From: an uncultured Eubacteriales bacterium
Lineage (GTDB): Bacteria > Acidobacteriota > Aminicenantia > Aminicenantales > UBA8522
Length of the DNA stretch: 64,000 bases
Direction of reading: 5' to 3'
NCBI GenBank assembly: GCA_964445305.1
Contig: CAYUKK010000005.1
Coordinates: 6,614-70,613 of the forward strand
Shown here: positions 1 to 9,852 of the stretch, one piece after another
Position numbering within the stretch: the stretch's first letter is position 1
Layout: each line of letters opens with the position of its first letter
The notes under the pieces: model-generated
The model's database searches: none
The model's input: only the letters and a program-made list of their open reading frames with translations
What the model was told of the DNA's origin: nothing
Position numbers and translations under genes: made by a program

Positions 1-1379
1 TCGATTTCGACGAGGGCCTTTTCCTCCAGCCGGTCGAGGAGGTCATCGGCCTTGACGCCAAGGCCCTTCCTGCCTGAAACCTCGAGGAAATTCTTCTCTC
101 TTTCTTCAGCCGAGGCATCATAATCGAGCTCCTTGAGGCTCTTGGGTGAGAGGCCGACCATCTCGTAGGAAAAATGGATGGATTTTAACGCCTGTTCCAG
201 ATAGCCCAGAGACTTCAGCCCTTGGACGACGATCCGCTGGAGATAAGCCTGGCGTGAATCGATGACATTATAGACCCGGCTGGCCCGGCCGAAGGAGGTG
301 CGATTCTCGTTGGGTTCTGTCGTGGTGACCCAGATGGTTCGGCCATCCTCCTCCAAGAAAGGCTCGTAAAAGAAATCCCTGTCGAGGAGGCCGAATTTCC
401 AGAGTTGGTAGGCGATGTCCTTTCCGACATAAGTCACCGTCCCGTCCGAGCGGACGATGATTTTTTCTTTTTCCGTGTCTTCTTCGAGGCGCATAACCCA
501 GCAGCCAGCGTTCGGCCCGTCCTTGGCCAGCGTGATGGCGTTGCGGTCCTTGAGCAGGGTAAATGCTTTTTCCCAGAACTTGAGCCCGAGGATGCTGCTT
601 TCGCAAGGGAGCAGGTCGTAAGTGACACCGATTCGCCTCATCGTCCGAAGATGGGCCCGGAGAATGCGGCGGGAGACGGCATAGCCCATGGCTGCCTCCG
701 GGTCGAGGCCATGCTCGATTTTGCGGAGGATCTCAGCCTTTCGGGGTTGGGCTTCAGGGTGGCTCTCGAGGTACGCCGCCGTGCGCGCATAGAGGTCCCA
801 GCAGTAATAATCGAACTTGCCGTCCATTTTTTCCAAGTCCGCCAGGCTCTTTCCCTCGAGGTCCATAAGCCCGAAAACAACGTCGACCACCTGGACGCCC
901 GTGTCATCGATATAATTCTGAACTTCGACCTGTTCGCCCTTGTAGCGGAGACACCGGGCTAAGGTATCGCCGAGGCAAGCGTTGCGGAGATGACCAATGT
1001 GGGCGGCTTTGTTCGGGTTGATGTTGGTGTGCTCGATGATGATTTTCTTTTCTTGCGGCTCAAGTGAGGACAGGGAGACATCGGTGAGCTCACGCCGGAA
1101 AAAGGACTCTCGGTCGAGAAAGAGGTTGATATAGCCCGGACCAGCCACCTCCACCTTCTCCACGGCCTCGAGACCAGCGAAAAATGGCAGAAATTCCTGG
1201 GCCACCTGGCGGGGGTTAAGGGATTGCTGCTTGGCCAACTTGAAGGGGAAAGTAAGGCTCAAGTCTCCGAGCCTCTGGGTGGGAGTGTAGGTGATTTCTA
1301 TCTCACTGGGCGGCAGAGCTGAAGAATCTCCCATCCTTTCCAGAATCTGTTGCCTGAGTCGGCTCTTGAGTTTGATCAT
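1..1379 (-). CDS. argS: arginine--tRNA ligase (class I aaRS). N-terminal ~460 aa are present; the 3' end runs off the left window edge.
   Basis: Manual minus-strand translation from ATG at ~1379: MIKLKSRLRQQILERMG ... HTNINPNKAAHIGHLRNACLGDTLARCLRYKGEQVEVQNYIDDTGVQ. This shows the HIGH motif and the ArgRS-specific xGDxLARxL ... YIDDxGxQ block. Absent from the ORF track because the ORF is open at the window edge. Confidence 0.75.
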   Translation of the reverse strand, partial: MIKLKSRLRQQILERMGDSSALPPSEIEITYTPTQRLGDLSLTFPFKLAKQQSLNPRQVAQEFLPFFAGLEAVEKVEVAGPGYINLFLDRESFFRRELTDVSLSSLEPQEKKIIIEHTNINPNKAAHIGHLRNACLGDTLARCLRYKGEQVEVQNYIDDTGVQVVDVVFGLMDLEGKSLADLEKMDGKFDYYCWDLYARTAAYLESHPEAQPRKAEILRKIEHGLDPEAAMGYAVSRRILRAHLRTMRRIGVTYDLLPCESSILGLKFWEKAFTLLKDRNAITLAKDGPNAGCWVMRLEEDTEKEKIIVRSDGTVTYVGKDIAYQLWKFGLLDRDFFYEPFLEEDGRTIWVTTTEPNENRTSFGRASRVYNVIDSRQAYLQRIVVQGLKSLGYLEQALKSIHFSYEMVGLSPKSLKELDYDASAEEREKNFLEVSGRKGLGVKADDLLDRLEEKALVEI

Positions 1380-1391
1380 GGGTGGTTTCCT

Positions 1392-1419
1392 ATTATAGCA
1401 AAAGACTCGATTCGGACAA
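1392..1419 (-). promoter_or_regulatory. candidate sigma70-type promoter for argS (TTGTCC-N16-TATAAT). The -10 box lies ~14 nt upstream of the ATG, implying a very short or near-leaderless 5' UTR.
   Basis: Reverse complement of 1392-1419 reads TTGTCCgaatcgagtcttttgcTATAAT, followed by ggaaaccaccc and then ATG. Confidence 0.35.
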
Positions 1420-1641
1420 TAGCCGCCCAGCACCTCACTTGTATCCTCGAGGAGCATCATAGGATTGGACGCTCTCCTCGATTGCGGGGGAGTAGCGAAT
1501 CTTTAGGGCGGTTCGAATGATGTGTCTGAGTTCACCCGAGCTGACCCCCCTGATGTTTTGTTTCTTCGCAATTGCGGGAGTGGCTTGCATAGGGGGATGT
1601 TTCTGTGGTAGAAAAAGGTTTCTTCCCCAAAGAAGGCGATA

Positions 1642-2736
1642 ATGAAGAGAACGCGATTTTATGAGTGCCATGTCAGGCACAAAGCCCGGATGATCGAGTT
1701 TTTTGGCTGGGAGATGCCGCTCGAATTCAAGGGTATCGTCGATGAACACCTGGCCGTGCGCACCGCCGCCGGCCTGTTCGACGTCAGTCACATGGGCGAA
1801 ATCCTCATCGAGGGCAAAGATGCGCTGCCTTTTGTCCAGTACTTGACCCCCAATGACGCCAGCCGCCTGGCCGTGAACCAGGCCCAGTATACGGCCCTGA
1901 CAACCCCACAGGGAACATTTGTTGACGACCTTCTTGTCTATTGCCTCGCTCCGGACAGGTTTCTCCTGGTCGTCAATGCCGCTAATTCGGACAAGGACTA
2001 CGCCTGGATTCTAAGCCATCGGGGCTCCTTCGATGTCCGGGTGGAGAACGCCAGTGACCGTTTTTCCCAGCTGGCCTTGCAGGGACCGAGAGCGGCCGAG
2101 ATTCTTCAGTCGCTTACGGATATCAACCTTTCCGAGCTGAGGCCCTTCTGGGGTGGGTGGGGCAAAGTGGTCGGCGTCGAATCCTTTGTTTCGAGGACTG
2201 GCTACACGGGAGAGGATGGGTTTGAGATCTACACCCTTGCGCCTGACCCCGGTATCATATGGGAGGAAACCTTGAAGAAAGGCGAGAGCGCAGGGCTTTT
2301 GCCCGTTGGCCTGGGAGCGCGCGATACCCTGCGGCTTGAGGCCAAGCTCATGCTCTACGGCAACGACATCGACGAAACCACGACCGTGCTGGAGGCAGAC
2401 CTCAAGTGGATCATCAAGTTCAATAAGGGAGACTTCCTGGGCCGGGAGGCTCTGGCCAGTCAGCTTGAGCAGGGAATCAGGAGGAAAATCGTCGGTTTCG
2501 AACTCGTCGAGCGAGGCATCCCCAGGCGGCATTATCCTGTCTTTATCGGCGGTGAGAAAGTGGGCGAAGTAACATCAGGGACTTTCTCCCCTTACCTGAA
2601 AAAGAGCATTGGGCTGGTTTATCTTCCCGTCGAACATACAGCGCCAGGGACAGAGCTTGAAGTGGCCGTCAGGGAGAAGAGGGTTAAGGGTGTGGTCGTC
2701 CCGACGCCGTTTTATAAGCGTCCAGCTAAACTCTGA
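1642..2736 (+). CDS. gcvT: glycine cleavage system T protein (aminomethyltransferase)
   Basis: 364 aa. N-terminus RTRFYECHVRHKARMIEFFGWEMP and the GLFDVSHMG hallmark. RBS AAGAAGG upstream. Confidence 0.9.
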   Translation: MKRTRFYECHVRHKARMIEFFGWEMPLEFKGIVDEHLAVRTAAGLFDVSHMGEILIEGKDALPFVQYLTPNDASRLAVNQAQYTALTTPQGTFVDDLLVYCLAPDRFLLVVNAANSDKDYAWILSHRGSFDVRVENASDRFSQLALQGPRAAEILQSLTDINLSELRPFWGGWGKVVGVESFVSRTGYTGEDGFEIYTLAPDPGIIWEETLKKGESAGLLPVGLGARDTLRLEAKLMLYGNDIDETTTVLEADLKWIIKFNKGDFLGREALASQLEQGIRRKIVGFELVERGIPRRHYPVFIGGEKVGEVTSGTFSPYLKKSIGLVYLPVEHTAPGTELEVAVREKRVKGVVVPTPFYKRPAKL

Positions 2737-2845
2737 TGAGGGTTATCTCGGACGGCGAGCGGAGAAGAGGAATGACCAGGACGGAGAAATGGAAGGCAAG
2801 AGCAGAGCTCATGCCTTTGCTTGAATAATCCTTCAGGAGGAGATC

Positions 2846-3232
2846 GTGTATCCAAAAGATTTCTTTTTTACCCAAGACCATGAATGGCTGAAAATCGAAG
2901 GCGATGAAGCCCTCGTCGGGATCACGGACTTCGCTCAGAAGCAGCTTGGCGATGTTGTTTATGTGGAGCTTCCGGCAGTCGGGACACAACTGGAAGCCCA
3001 TCAGACCATCGGCGTCGTCGAATCGGTCAAGGCAGTCTCGGATATCTATTCACCAGTCTCCGGTGAAGTCATCGCCGTCAACGAAGAACTCAACAATTCA
3101 CCGGAGCTTCTCAACCAAGATCCCCATGGACAGGGATGGATCATCCGTCTTAAACTGAAGGATAAAGGCGAAGTGGAAAGGCTGATGACCGCCGTCGATT
3201 ATGAGAAATTCCTGGAAGGTCTCATGACCTGA
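2846..3232 (+). CDS. gcvH: glycine cleavage system H protein (lipoyl carrier)
   Basis: 128 aa. DHEWLKIEGDEALVGITDFAQ and the lipoyl-lysine context ESVKAVSD. GTG start preceded by AGGAGGAG. Confidence 0.9.
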   Translation: MYPKDFFFTQDHEWLKIEGDEALVGITDFAQKQLGDVVYVELPAVGTQLEAHQTIGVVESVKAVSDIYSPVSGEVIAVNEELNNSPELLNQDPHGQGWIIRLKLKDKGEVERLMTAVDYEKFLEGLMT

Positions 3233-3256
3233 AAGGGAGGTGCGAGGAGATATTGG

Positions 3257-4603
3257 ATGCGCTACATAGCCCTAAGCGAGAAAGATAAAAAGGAGATGAT
3301 GGCCGCTCTGGGCATCCATTCGCTGGACGACCTCTTCTGCTGCATTCCCTCCCCGTTGCGTCTCCATCGTGAGCTTGAGATTCCGTCGGCCATGAGCGAG
3401 ATGGAGCTCATCAGGCATTTTGAGGCTCTCGGGCGGAAGAATTCAGCCGACCACTTTCTTTCCTTTCTTGGGGGAGGGGCCTATCCCCATGTGATCCCTT
3501 CTCTCGTCGACTCCCTGAGCTCGAGAGGGGAGTTCGTTACCCCCTACACTCCCTACCAGCCCGAAGTCAGTCAGGGGACACTCCAAGTGATCTTCGAGTT
3601 CCAGACGCTCGTCTGTCAGTTGACGGGCATGGAAATTGCCAACGCCTCCCTCTACGAAGGAGCCTCGGCCACGGCTGAGGCCGTCCTCATGGCTTACCGG
3701 CTTCGGGGAAAGCCGAAAGTTCTGATGGCGAGGACGCTTCATCCCCAGTATAGGGAGGTCGTCCAAACCTACGTCAAGAACCTGTTCGTCGAGACCGATG
3801 AGATTGGCTACACCGAGGAAGGGAGGATAAACGTCAAGGACCTGGCTTCGAAAATCGACAGGGAGACGAGTGCTGTTGTGTGCCAGACGCCCAACTTTTT
3901 TGGTGTTATCGAAGAGCTGGAAGAGATCGCGGCCATCGCTCACGAGCACCAGGCGCTTTTTATTGTCGTCGTTTCGGAAGCAGCTTCGCTCGGCCTTCTC
4001 AAGCCGCCCGGCGCCTGTGGCGCAGATATCGTCGCTGGAGAAGGCCAGTCTTTTGGCCTCCCCCTCAGTTTTGGCGGGCCCTATCTCGGTTTTATGGCTT
4101 GCCGGAAGGATTTCCTGCGTCAATTCCCCGGCCGCATCGCTGGCCAGACTCAAGACGCAGAGGGAAGAAGAGGCTTCGTGTTGACGTTGTCGACGCGCGA
4201 GCAGCACATCCGCCGCGAGAGGGCAACGTCGAACATCTGCACCAATCAGGCCTGGTGCGCCCTGCGGGCGACGATTTTTCTCGAGACGATGGGGCAAGCC
4301 GGGATGCGGGAGCTCGCTTACCAGAACATCCAGAAAGCGAACTACGCCCTGGGAAGACTTGCCGCTTGCCAGGGCGTCAAGCGAAAGTTCAGCGGTCCGA
4401 TATTCAACGAGTTCGTGTGCGAGTTTGAGGCTGGCTGGGAAAAGATAGACGGCCATCTCCGGCGGAAGGGTATCTTGGGTGGGCTCAACCTTGAGACCTC
4501 TTACCCGGAGTTAAAAGGGTGTGGACTCCTTTGCGTGACCGAAGTCCATACCAGGGAGGAAATTGGCCGTCTGGTGGGCGCTGTCGAGGAGGTGCTCCAG
4601 TGA
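3257..4603 (+). CDS. gcvPA: glycine dehydrogenase (decarboxylating) subunit 1
   Basis: 448 aa. MRYIALSEKDKKEMMAALGIHSLDDLF is a typical GcvPA N-terminus; split P-protein architecture. Confidence 0.9.
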   Translation: MRYIALSEKDKKEMMAALGIHSLDDLFCCIPSPLRLHRELEIPSAMSEMELIRHFEALGRKNSADHFLSFLGGGAYPHVIPSLVDSLSSRGEFVTPYTPYQPEVSQGTLQVIFEFQTLVCQLTGMEIANASLYEGASATAEAVLMAYRLRGKPKVLMARTLHPQYREVVQTYVKNLFVETDEIGYTEEGRINVKDLASKIDRETSAVVCQTPNFFGVIEELEEIAAIAHEHQALFIVVVSEAASLGLLKPPGACGADIVAGEGQSFGLPLSFGGPYLGFMACRKDFLRQFPGRIAGQTQDAEGRRGFVLTLSTREQHIRRERATSNICTNQAWCALRATIFLETMGQAGMRELAYQNIQKANYALGRLAACQGVKRKFSGPIFNEFVCEFEAGWEKIDGHLRRKGILGGLNLETSYPELKGCGLLCVTEVHTREEIGRLVGAVEEVLQ

Positions 4604-6054
4604 TTCGAGAACCCTTGATTTTCGAGCTCAGCGCTAAGGGCAAACGCGCTTTCTTTTTCCCGACGCTTGACGTCCCGGAGAGGAAAGATTGCCTGGCTGG
4701 AATTTCTCTTCGTCATGAGATCCAGGGTTTCCCCGAAGTCTCGGAAATCGAGATCGTTCGCCACTTTACGCGGCTTTCACAGACGAATTTCTGCGTCGAC
4801 ACAAGCTTTTATCCGCTCGGCTCATGCACTATGAAATACAACCCCAGGGTCAACGAGAGGGTGGCCGCTCGGGAGGCCTGGCTCTCCTGTCATCCGAGCG
4901 CACCTGCCGAGCTTGTCCAGGGAAACCTGGAAGTCCTCAAGACGCTGGAAGACTTGCTGAGTGAAATTACGGGCATGGATGCCTTTACGCTTCAGCCAAG
5001 CGCCGGCGCTCAAGGAGAGCTCACCGGAATGTTGATGATTCGGGCCTGCCTCCAGGAAAGGGGAGATCCGCGCGAGGTCGTCCTCATCCCGGATTCAGCT
5101 CACGGCACCAATCCTTCGAGCGCTCATATCTGCGGCTACCGGGTCGTCGAAATCAAGTCGAATGAAAAAGGGACCATTGACCTGACCAGCCTCGATCAGG
5201 CTATGAACGACAGGGTAGCGGCTTTGATGATCACCAACCCCAATACCCTGGGAATTTTTGAGTCCGAGATAGATAGGATTGCGGGCATCGTTCACGAGCG
5301 GGGAGGTTTGCTCTACATGGACGGTGCGAATATGAACGCCCTCGTCGGGAAATTCAGGCCCGGCGATATGGGTGTCGATGTCCTCCACCTCAATCTCCAC
5401 AAGACCTTCTCCACGCCTCATGGTGGAGGGGGGCCCGGCTCGGGTCCGGTTGGGGTAAAAAAAGAGTTGGCTTGTTATCTTCCTGTCCCGGTCATCGAGA
5501 AAACTTCTGCTGGTTATACCTTGAATTTTGACCTTCCCAAGTCGATCGGCCGGGTGCGGAGTTTTTACGCAAACTTCTTAGTTCTTATCAAGGCCCTGGC
5601 TTACATCCTGAGCCTGGGTGGAGAAGGCTTGAAGGAAGTAGCTGAGGTTTCGGTGCTCAATTCTAATTATATCCGAAAAAGCCTGGAAGGCCTCTATCAC
5701 CTCAAGTACGATGCGCCAACGCTGCACGAATGTGTTTTTTCCGACAAATTCCAGAAAGAGCGCGGTGTGGCCAATATCGATATTGCTAAACGCCTCATCG
5801 ATTATGGGGTTCACCCGCCGACCATGTCCTTCCCTCTCATCGTTCCAGGAGCGTTGATGATCGAGCCGACAGAGACCGAGAGCAAGAGGGACCTCGACAC
5901 GTTCATCGAGGCGATGAAGGCCATCGCCAAGGAGGCTATCGAGAAGCCAGAACTCGTCAGGACTGCGCCTCATACTTCCTACGTCAAGAGACTGGACGAA
6001 ACGAAAGCCGCCCGCTATCCCGTGCTTCGCTGGGAGGGAGAAAAGGAGGAGTAG
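4600..6054 (+). CDS. gcvPB: glycine dehydrogenase (decarboxylating) subunit 2, PLP-binding
   Basis: The ORF track starts at 4519, but the GcvPB-like N-terminus VIREPLIFELS begins at GTG 4600, overlapping the gcvPA TGA stop (GTGA). The PLP-lysine region HLNLHKTFSTPHGGGGPG is present. Confidence 0.88.
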   Translation: MIREPLIFELSAKGKRAFFFPTLDVPERKDCLAGISLRHEIQGFPEVSEIEIVRHFTRLSQTNFCVDTSFYPLGSCTMKYNPRVNERVAAREAWLSCHPSAPAELVQGNLEVLKTLEDLLSEITGMDAFTLQPSAGAQGELTGMLMIRACLQERGDPREVVLIPDSAHGTNPSSAHICGYRVVEIKSNEKGTIDLTSLDQAMNDRVAALMITNPNTLGIFESEIDRIAGIVHERGGLLYMDGANMNALVGKFRPGDMGVDVLHLNLHKTFSTPHGGGGPGSGPVGVKKELACYLPVPVIEKTSAGYTLNFDLPKSIGRVRSFYANFLVLIKALAYILSLGGEGLKEVAEVSVLNSNYIRKSLEGLYHLKYDAPTLHECVFSDKFQKERGVANIDIAKRLIDYGVHPPTMSFPLIVPGALMIEPTETESKRDLDTFIEAMKAIAKEAIEKPELVRTAPHTSYVKRLDETKAARYPVLRWEGEKEE

Positions 6055-6062
6055 GCGAATAC

Positions 6063-6911
6063 ATGTCGCTCCAGAATCTCATCCTGAACCTCCACAAGTT
6101 TTGGGCTGGCCAGGGTTGCTACCTCGCCCCGTCCTACGACGTCGAGGTTGGCGCCGGGACGATGACACCCGACACTTTCTTCCGTGTTCTCGACAGGCGT
6201 CCGTGGCGGGTGGCCTATGTCCAGCCCTCGCGGCGCCCCACCGACGGTCGGTATGGCGAGAACCCCCACCGCGTTCAGAAGCATTTTCAGTACCAGGTCA
6301 TCATCAAGCCCTCGCCGCCAGACATCCAGGATATCTACATCCGGAGCCTCGTCTCTCTCGGCATTGACCTGGCCGAGCATGACCTCCGATTCGACGAGGA
6401 TGACTGGGAATCACCGACCATCGGCGCCTGGGGGGTGGGCTGGCAGGTCGTCCTGGATGGCCTGGAGATTACCCAGTTTACCTATTTCCAGCAAGCGGGC
6501 GGAATCGAACTTTTCCCTGTTCCGGCTGAAATCACATACGGCCTGGAGCGTTTGGAGATGTTTCTCGAGGGAAAGGACAACCTCTACGAGCTCGACTGGT
6601 CGGGCAAAGTCACCTACCGGGATTTGAGGCTGCGAGAAGAAAGAGAGTTTTCCGAATACAATTTCAACCAGGCGGATATTCGCCGGTTGCAGACGTTTTA
6701 CAGCTTAGCCCGAGAGGAAGCGGCTTCGCTTATCGAAAGGAACCTCCTTTTGCCTGCTTATGATATGTGTCTCAAGTGTTCCCATTTTTTTAACCTTCTT
6801 GACGCCAGGGGGGCCATCGGCGTGACGGAAAGGGTTAAGATGATTGGCGAAGTCCGAGCCCTCGTCAACTCCTTAGCTCAACGGTATATCCGGGCGGAGG
6901 AAAGCCGCTGA
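6063..6911 (+). CDS. glyQ: glycine--tRNA ligase alpha subunit
   Basis: 282 aa. LQNLILNLHKFWAGQGC ... YGENPHRVQKHFQYQVIIKPSP is the classic GlyQ sequence. Confidence 0.92.
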   Translation: MSLQNLILNLHKFWAGQGCYLAPSYDVEVGAGTMTPDTFFRVLDRRPWRVAYVQPSRRPTDGRYGENPHRVQKHFQYQVIIKPSPPDIQDIYIRSLVSLGIDLAEHDLRFDEDDWESPTIGAWGVGWQVVLDGLEITQFTYFQQAGGIELFPVPAEITYGLERLEMFLEGKDNLYELDWSGKVTYRDLRLREEREFSEYNFNQADIRRLQTFYSLAREEAASLIERNLLLPAYDMCLKCSHFFNLLDARGAIGVTERVKMIGEVRALVNSLAQRYIRAEESR

Positions 6912-8980
6912 TGGAGTTCTTGCTCGAAATCATCACCGAAGAGATGCCCGCTTCCCACATCAAAGCTGGATTGGCCCAGCTCGAAGAGAAGCTCAAAGCT
7001 GAGCTTATCGCGGCTCGCTTGCCCGTCCAGGGCCTCCGCACTTTCGGCACCTGCCGGCGGCTCGTGGTCGTTGCCGACATCCCGCCCCGGCAGGAGAGCA
7101 AGGAAGAAGTGGTCGTTGGCCCTCCCAAAGCCGTGGCTTATGGTGCTGATGGCTCGCCCACCGAGGCAGCCCGAGGGTTTGCCCGGGCTCAGGGAGTGGC
7201 CGTGGACAGGCTGGAGGTTATCCCGACGCCCCGGGGCGAGTATGTTGGAGTGAAGAAGGCCATCTCTGGCCGAGGGGCTGAAGAAATTTTGGCCGAGCTT
7301 CTCCCGTCCATCCTCTCTTCCCTCTCCTTCCCCAAAATGATGAGGTGGGGGGAGGGGACATTGCGGTTTTCGAGGCCGATCAGAAACATCCTCTGTCTCT
7401 TGGGAGGAGAGCCTGTCACCTTTTCACTGGCCGGCCTCGTTTCGACAGGTTTCACCACCGGCCATAAGCTCCACTCCCCCCACAAGCTTCCGGTCAAATC
7501 TTTTGCTGAATTCAAGAGCTTGCTCCGCCAAAACAAAGTCATTCTCGACCCCGCCGAAAGAAAGGAGATCATTTGTCGTAATATTGACAAGAGGCTGCGG
7601 CGATGGCGCGCCTCCCTCCATCCTGATGATGAACTCCTGGACAGGCTCGTCTATGATGTGGAAAATCCCTATGTGTTCATGGGCACATTTCCGTCCCCTT
7701 ATCTCAAGCTGCCGCTCGAAGTGCTGAGCGCGGCGATGCGCGAGGGCCAAAAGCTCTTTTCCGTGGTCAGAAGCGGTCGCCAGTTGCCTCATTTTATCGG
7801 CGTGGCCGACGCGCCCGGGGACCCGCGGTCGCTCATTCGCCAGGGAAATGAGAGGGTTCTCCTGGCCAGACTCGAGGACGCAAAGTTTTTTTGGGAACAG
7901 GACAGGAAAGTTCCCCTGGCCAAAAGAGGACCAGGGTTGGCCCGGATAATTTTCCAGGAGAAGCTTGGCACTTACAAGGACAAAGTTGGGCGATTGAAAG
8001 CACTGACCAGCTACATCTGTGAGAAGATTGATGAGCCCAAGTTGAAGAAAGATGCTCTCACGGCGGCTGAACTGTGCAAGGCCGACTTGCTTACGGAAAT
8101 GGTCAAGGAATTCCCGGCTCTCCAGGGCGTCGTGGGCGGCCTTTACGCCAGGGCGGAAGGATATCCGGAGGCCGTGGCTCAGGCCATCTATGAACACTAT
8201 AAACCTATTGGCCTGGAGGACAGCTTGCCCGCTTCCTTGGGAGGCGCGGTGCTTTCCCTGGCGGACAAGCTGGATTCTCTCGTCGGCGTCGTTGGTCTGG
8301 GCATCCTTCCCTCTGGCTCCAGCGACCCCTTCGGCATCCGCCGGAATGCCAACGGCGTTTGCCGAATCATCCTGGAAAAGAAATTTGTCCTTTCTTTAAA
8401 TCAGCTTCTAAGAAAGGCTCTTTCCCATTACGGCGAGCTTCCGCTCAGGCCGCCGGCCGAGGTCCTCGATGACTGTCTTAACCTCTTTAACCAGCGGCTG
8501 CGCTCCATTTTTGAAACGCAAGGTTACCGTTATGACCTTATCAACGCGGCCTTGGGCGCGGGCATCGATAACGTTTACTTTGCTGGTCGGAGGCTTAAGG
8601 CTCTGGAGACCCTCCGCCAGAGCCCTTCTTTTGTTCCCTACGTCCTCATGGCCAAACGGGTCAACAACATCATCCGGGACGCCCCTCGTTCCATGGTGAT
8701 TCCTGAGCTGTTCGAGGCCAGGGAGGAGAAGGAGCTCCATGCGATGTTTTCCATCATCGAAAAGAATGTCGGGCCTCTCCTCGAAGCAGGCGATTTTGGA
8801 AAAGCCCAGAGCATGATCCTCAAGCTCCATGGCCCCCTGACCACCTTCTTCAACCGGGTTCTCGTGATGGCTGAGGATAAGAAAACGCGGCGCAACCGCC
8901 TGGCCCTGCTTCAAGCTATCAGCCAGCTCTTGCTCCGCGTCGCGGACTATTCCCAGATCGTCGTTGAAGGCGAGAAGTAA
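6911..8980 (+). CDS. glyS: glycine--tRNA ligase beta subunit
   Basis: 689 aa. Overlaps the glyQ stop (TGATG). N-terminus MEFLLEIITEEMPASHIKAG is typical of GlyS. Confidence 0.9.
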   Translation: MEFLLEIITEEMPASHIKAGLAQLEEKLKAELIAARLPVQGLRTFGTCRRLVVVADIPPRQESKEEVVVGPPKAVAYGADGSPTEAARGFARAQGVAVDRLEVIPTPRGEYVGVKKAISGRGAEEILAELLPSILSSLSFPKMMRWGEGTLRFSRPIRNILCLLGGEPVTFSLAGLVSTGFTTGHKLHSPHKLPVKSFAEFKSLLRQNKVILDPAERKEIICRNIDKRLRRWRASLHPDDELLDRLVYDVENPYVFMGTFPSPYLKLPLEVLSAAMREGQKLFSVVRSGRQLPHFIGVADAPGDPRSLIRQGNERVLLARLEDAKFFWEQDRKVPLAKRGPGLARIIFQEKLGTYKDKVGRLKALTSYICEKIDEPKLKKDALTAAELCKADLLTEMVKEFPALQGVVGGLYARAEGYPEAVAQAIYEHYKPIGLEDSLPASLGGAVLSLADKLDSLVGVVGLGILPSGSSDPFGIRRNANGVCRIILEKKFVLSLNQLLRKALSHYGELPLRPPAEVLDDCLNLFNQRLRSIFETQGYRYDLINAALGAGIDNVYFAGRRLKALETLRQSPSFVPYVLMAKRVNNIIRDAPRSMVIPELFEAREEKELHAMFSIIEKNVGPLLEAGDFGKAQSMILKLHGPLTTFFNRVLVMAEDKKTRRNRLALLQAISQLLLRVADYSQIVVEGEK

Positions 8981-9007
8981 GGGGGGCGGCAGGAGAGAGG
9001 CTCCGCC

Positions 9008-9448
9008 TCAAATCTGGAATTCGTCCTTGTTCGAATCGGGCGGCTCTCCGCCCTCTTCTTTGTCGATGAATTTTTGCTCGAGGGCAATGATTTTGACCAG
9101 GTTAGCGGGGAGGTTCTGGCCCTTTGCTTCCCCGTAAGGATGGAATTGAACTCCAACTTGATACTTATAGGTTTTTCCTTCTGCCGGGGAAGCCCACTTG
9201 ACAGCTCCTTTCATGGTAAAAGGAATCCGCTCCCCGGGAATGGATATCTTGAGCTGGACTTCGGTATTCGGCTTGAGCGAGTTCTGAGCTAAGAAGCGCA
9301 CTCCACCGCGGCTGATATCGAGGAGAGGGCAGAATTCCTCGATGAAGCCAGGTTTGGTGAAGAACAGGCTCTTTTTCTGGTAGCTCACCGTTGCCCCGGG
9401 TATCTTGAACCGGACGCAGGCTCGTCTTTCGATTTTGCTTTCATCCAT
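9008..9448 (-). CDS. PilZ domain protein (c-di-GMP binding)
   Basis: RxxxR (RRACVRF) and DISRGGVRF (DxSxxG) PilZ motifs. The ORF-track start at 9628 is rejected: an internal ATG (MDESKIERR) has a strong SD (GAGGAGGGGGAGC) immediately upstream. Confidence 0.6.
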   Translation of the reverse strand: MDESKIERRACVRFKIPGATVSYQKKSLFFTKPGFIEEFCPLLDISRGGVRFLAQNSLKPNTEVQLKISIPGERIPFTMKGAVKWASPAEGKTYKYQVGVQFHPYGEAKGQNLPANLVKIIALEQKFIDKEEGGEPPDSNKDEFQI

Positions 9449-9852
9449 GCTCCCCCTCCTCGGGAAAAAGCTTCTCCCCAGCCAAGCATGCTCGAAAGAG
9501 AAGAGAAGGTCTCCGCCGACAACACGTCCTTTCGGCGATTGCCCTTCCCATGCTAAAAATCCAAGCTCAATGCATTGCTTATTTATATACACCAGGTGAG
9601 AGAGGATGTCAAAAATTTTCTTGTTCAAGCATCCGCTCTTGACATTAGGGGTGACGTCACGAAAGCAGCCCCTTATCTCTCCATCTCATCTTATCATCGA
9701 GGATGCGGGAACCCTTTCCTTCTCGGTCAGCTCCTGGACGGTAAAGTCAAGATAATCTCTATTATTCCCATTAAATCTATAGGAATAATATAATTAACCC
9801 AGAACCCATGAATCTCTATCTTGCTAAAGCTTGACGGACGACCGGCAATCGA

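Noticed and set aside
1381-1641. Looked for a glycine riboswitch or T-box element in the shared argS/gcvT intergenic region
   Set aside because: Neither the glycine-aptamer cores nor a T-box AGGGUGGNACCGCG sequence is present on either strand. Only a direct repeat and a candidate promoter were seen.
3443-4456. 337-aa minus-strand ORF inside gcvPA
   Set aside because: It is antisense to a gene with unambiguous GcvPA identity and has no recognisable motifs.
4519-4599. N-terminal extension of the gcvPB ORF as listed in the ORF track
   Set aside because: The extension (MWTPLRDRSPYQGGNW...) overlaps the end of gcvPA in another frame. GcvPB homology begins at the GTG at 4600, which overlaps the gcvPA stop.
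8981-9010. Possible bidirectional terminator hairpin between convergent glyS and the PilZ gene
   Set aside because: The stem is only 5-7 bp (GGCGG/CCGCC) with a 13-nt loop. No U-tract follows on either strand.
9449-9628. 60-codon N-terminal extension of the PilZ ORF
   Set aside because: The extension has no PilZ similarity. A strong Shine-Dalgarno sequence directly precedes the internal ATG at 9448.
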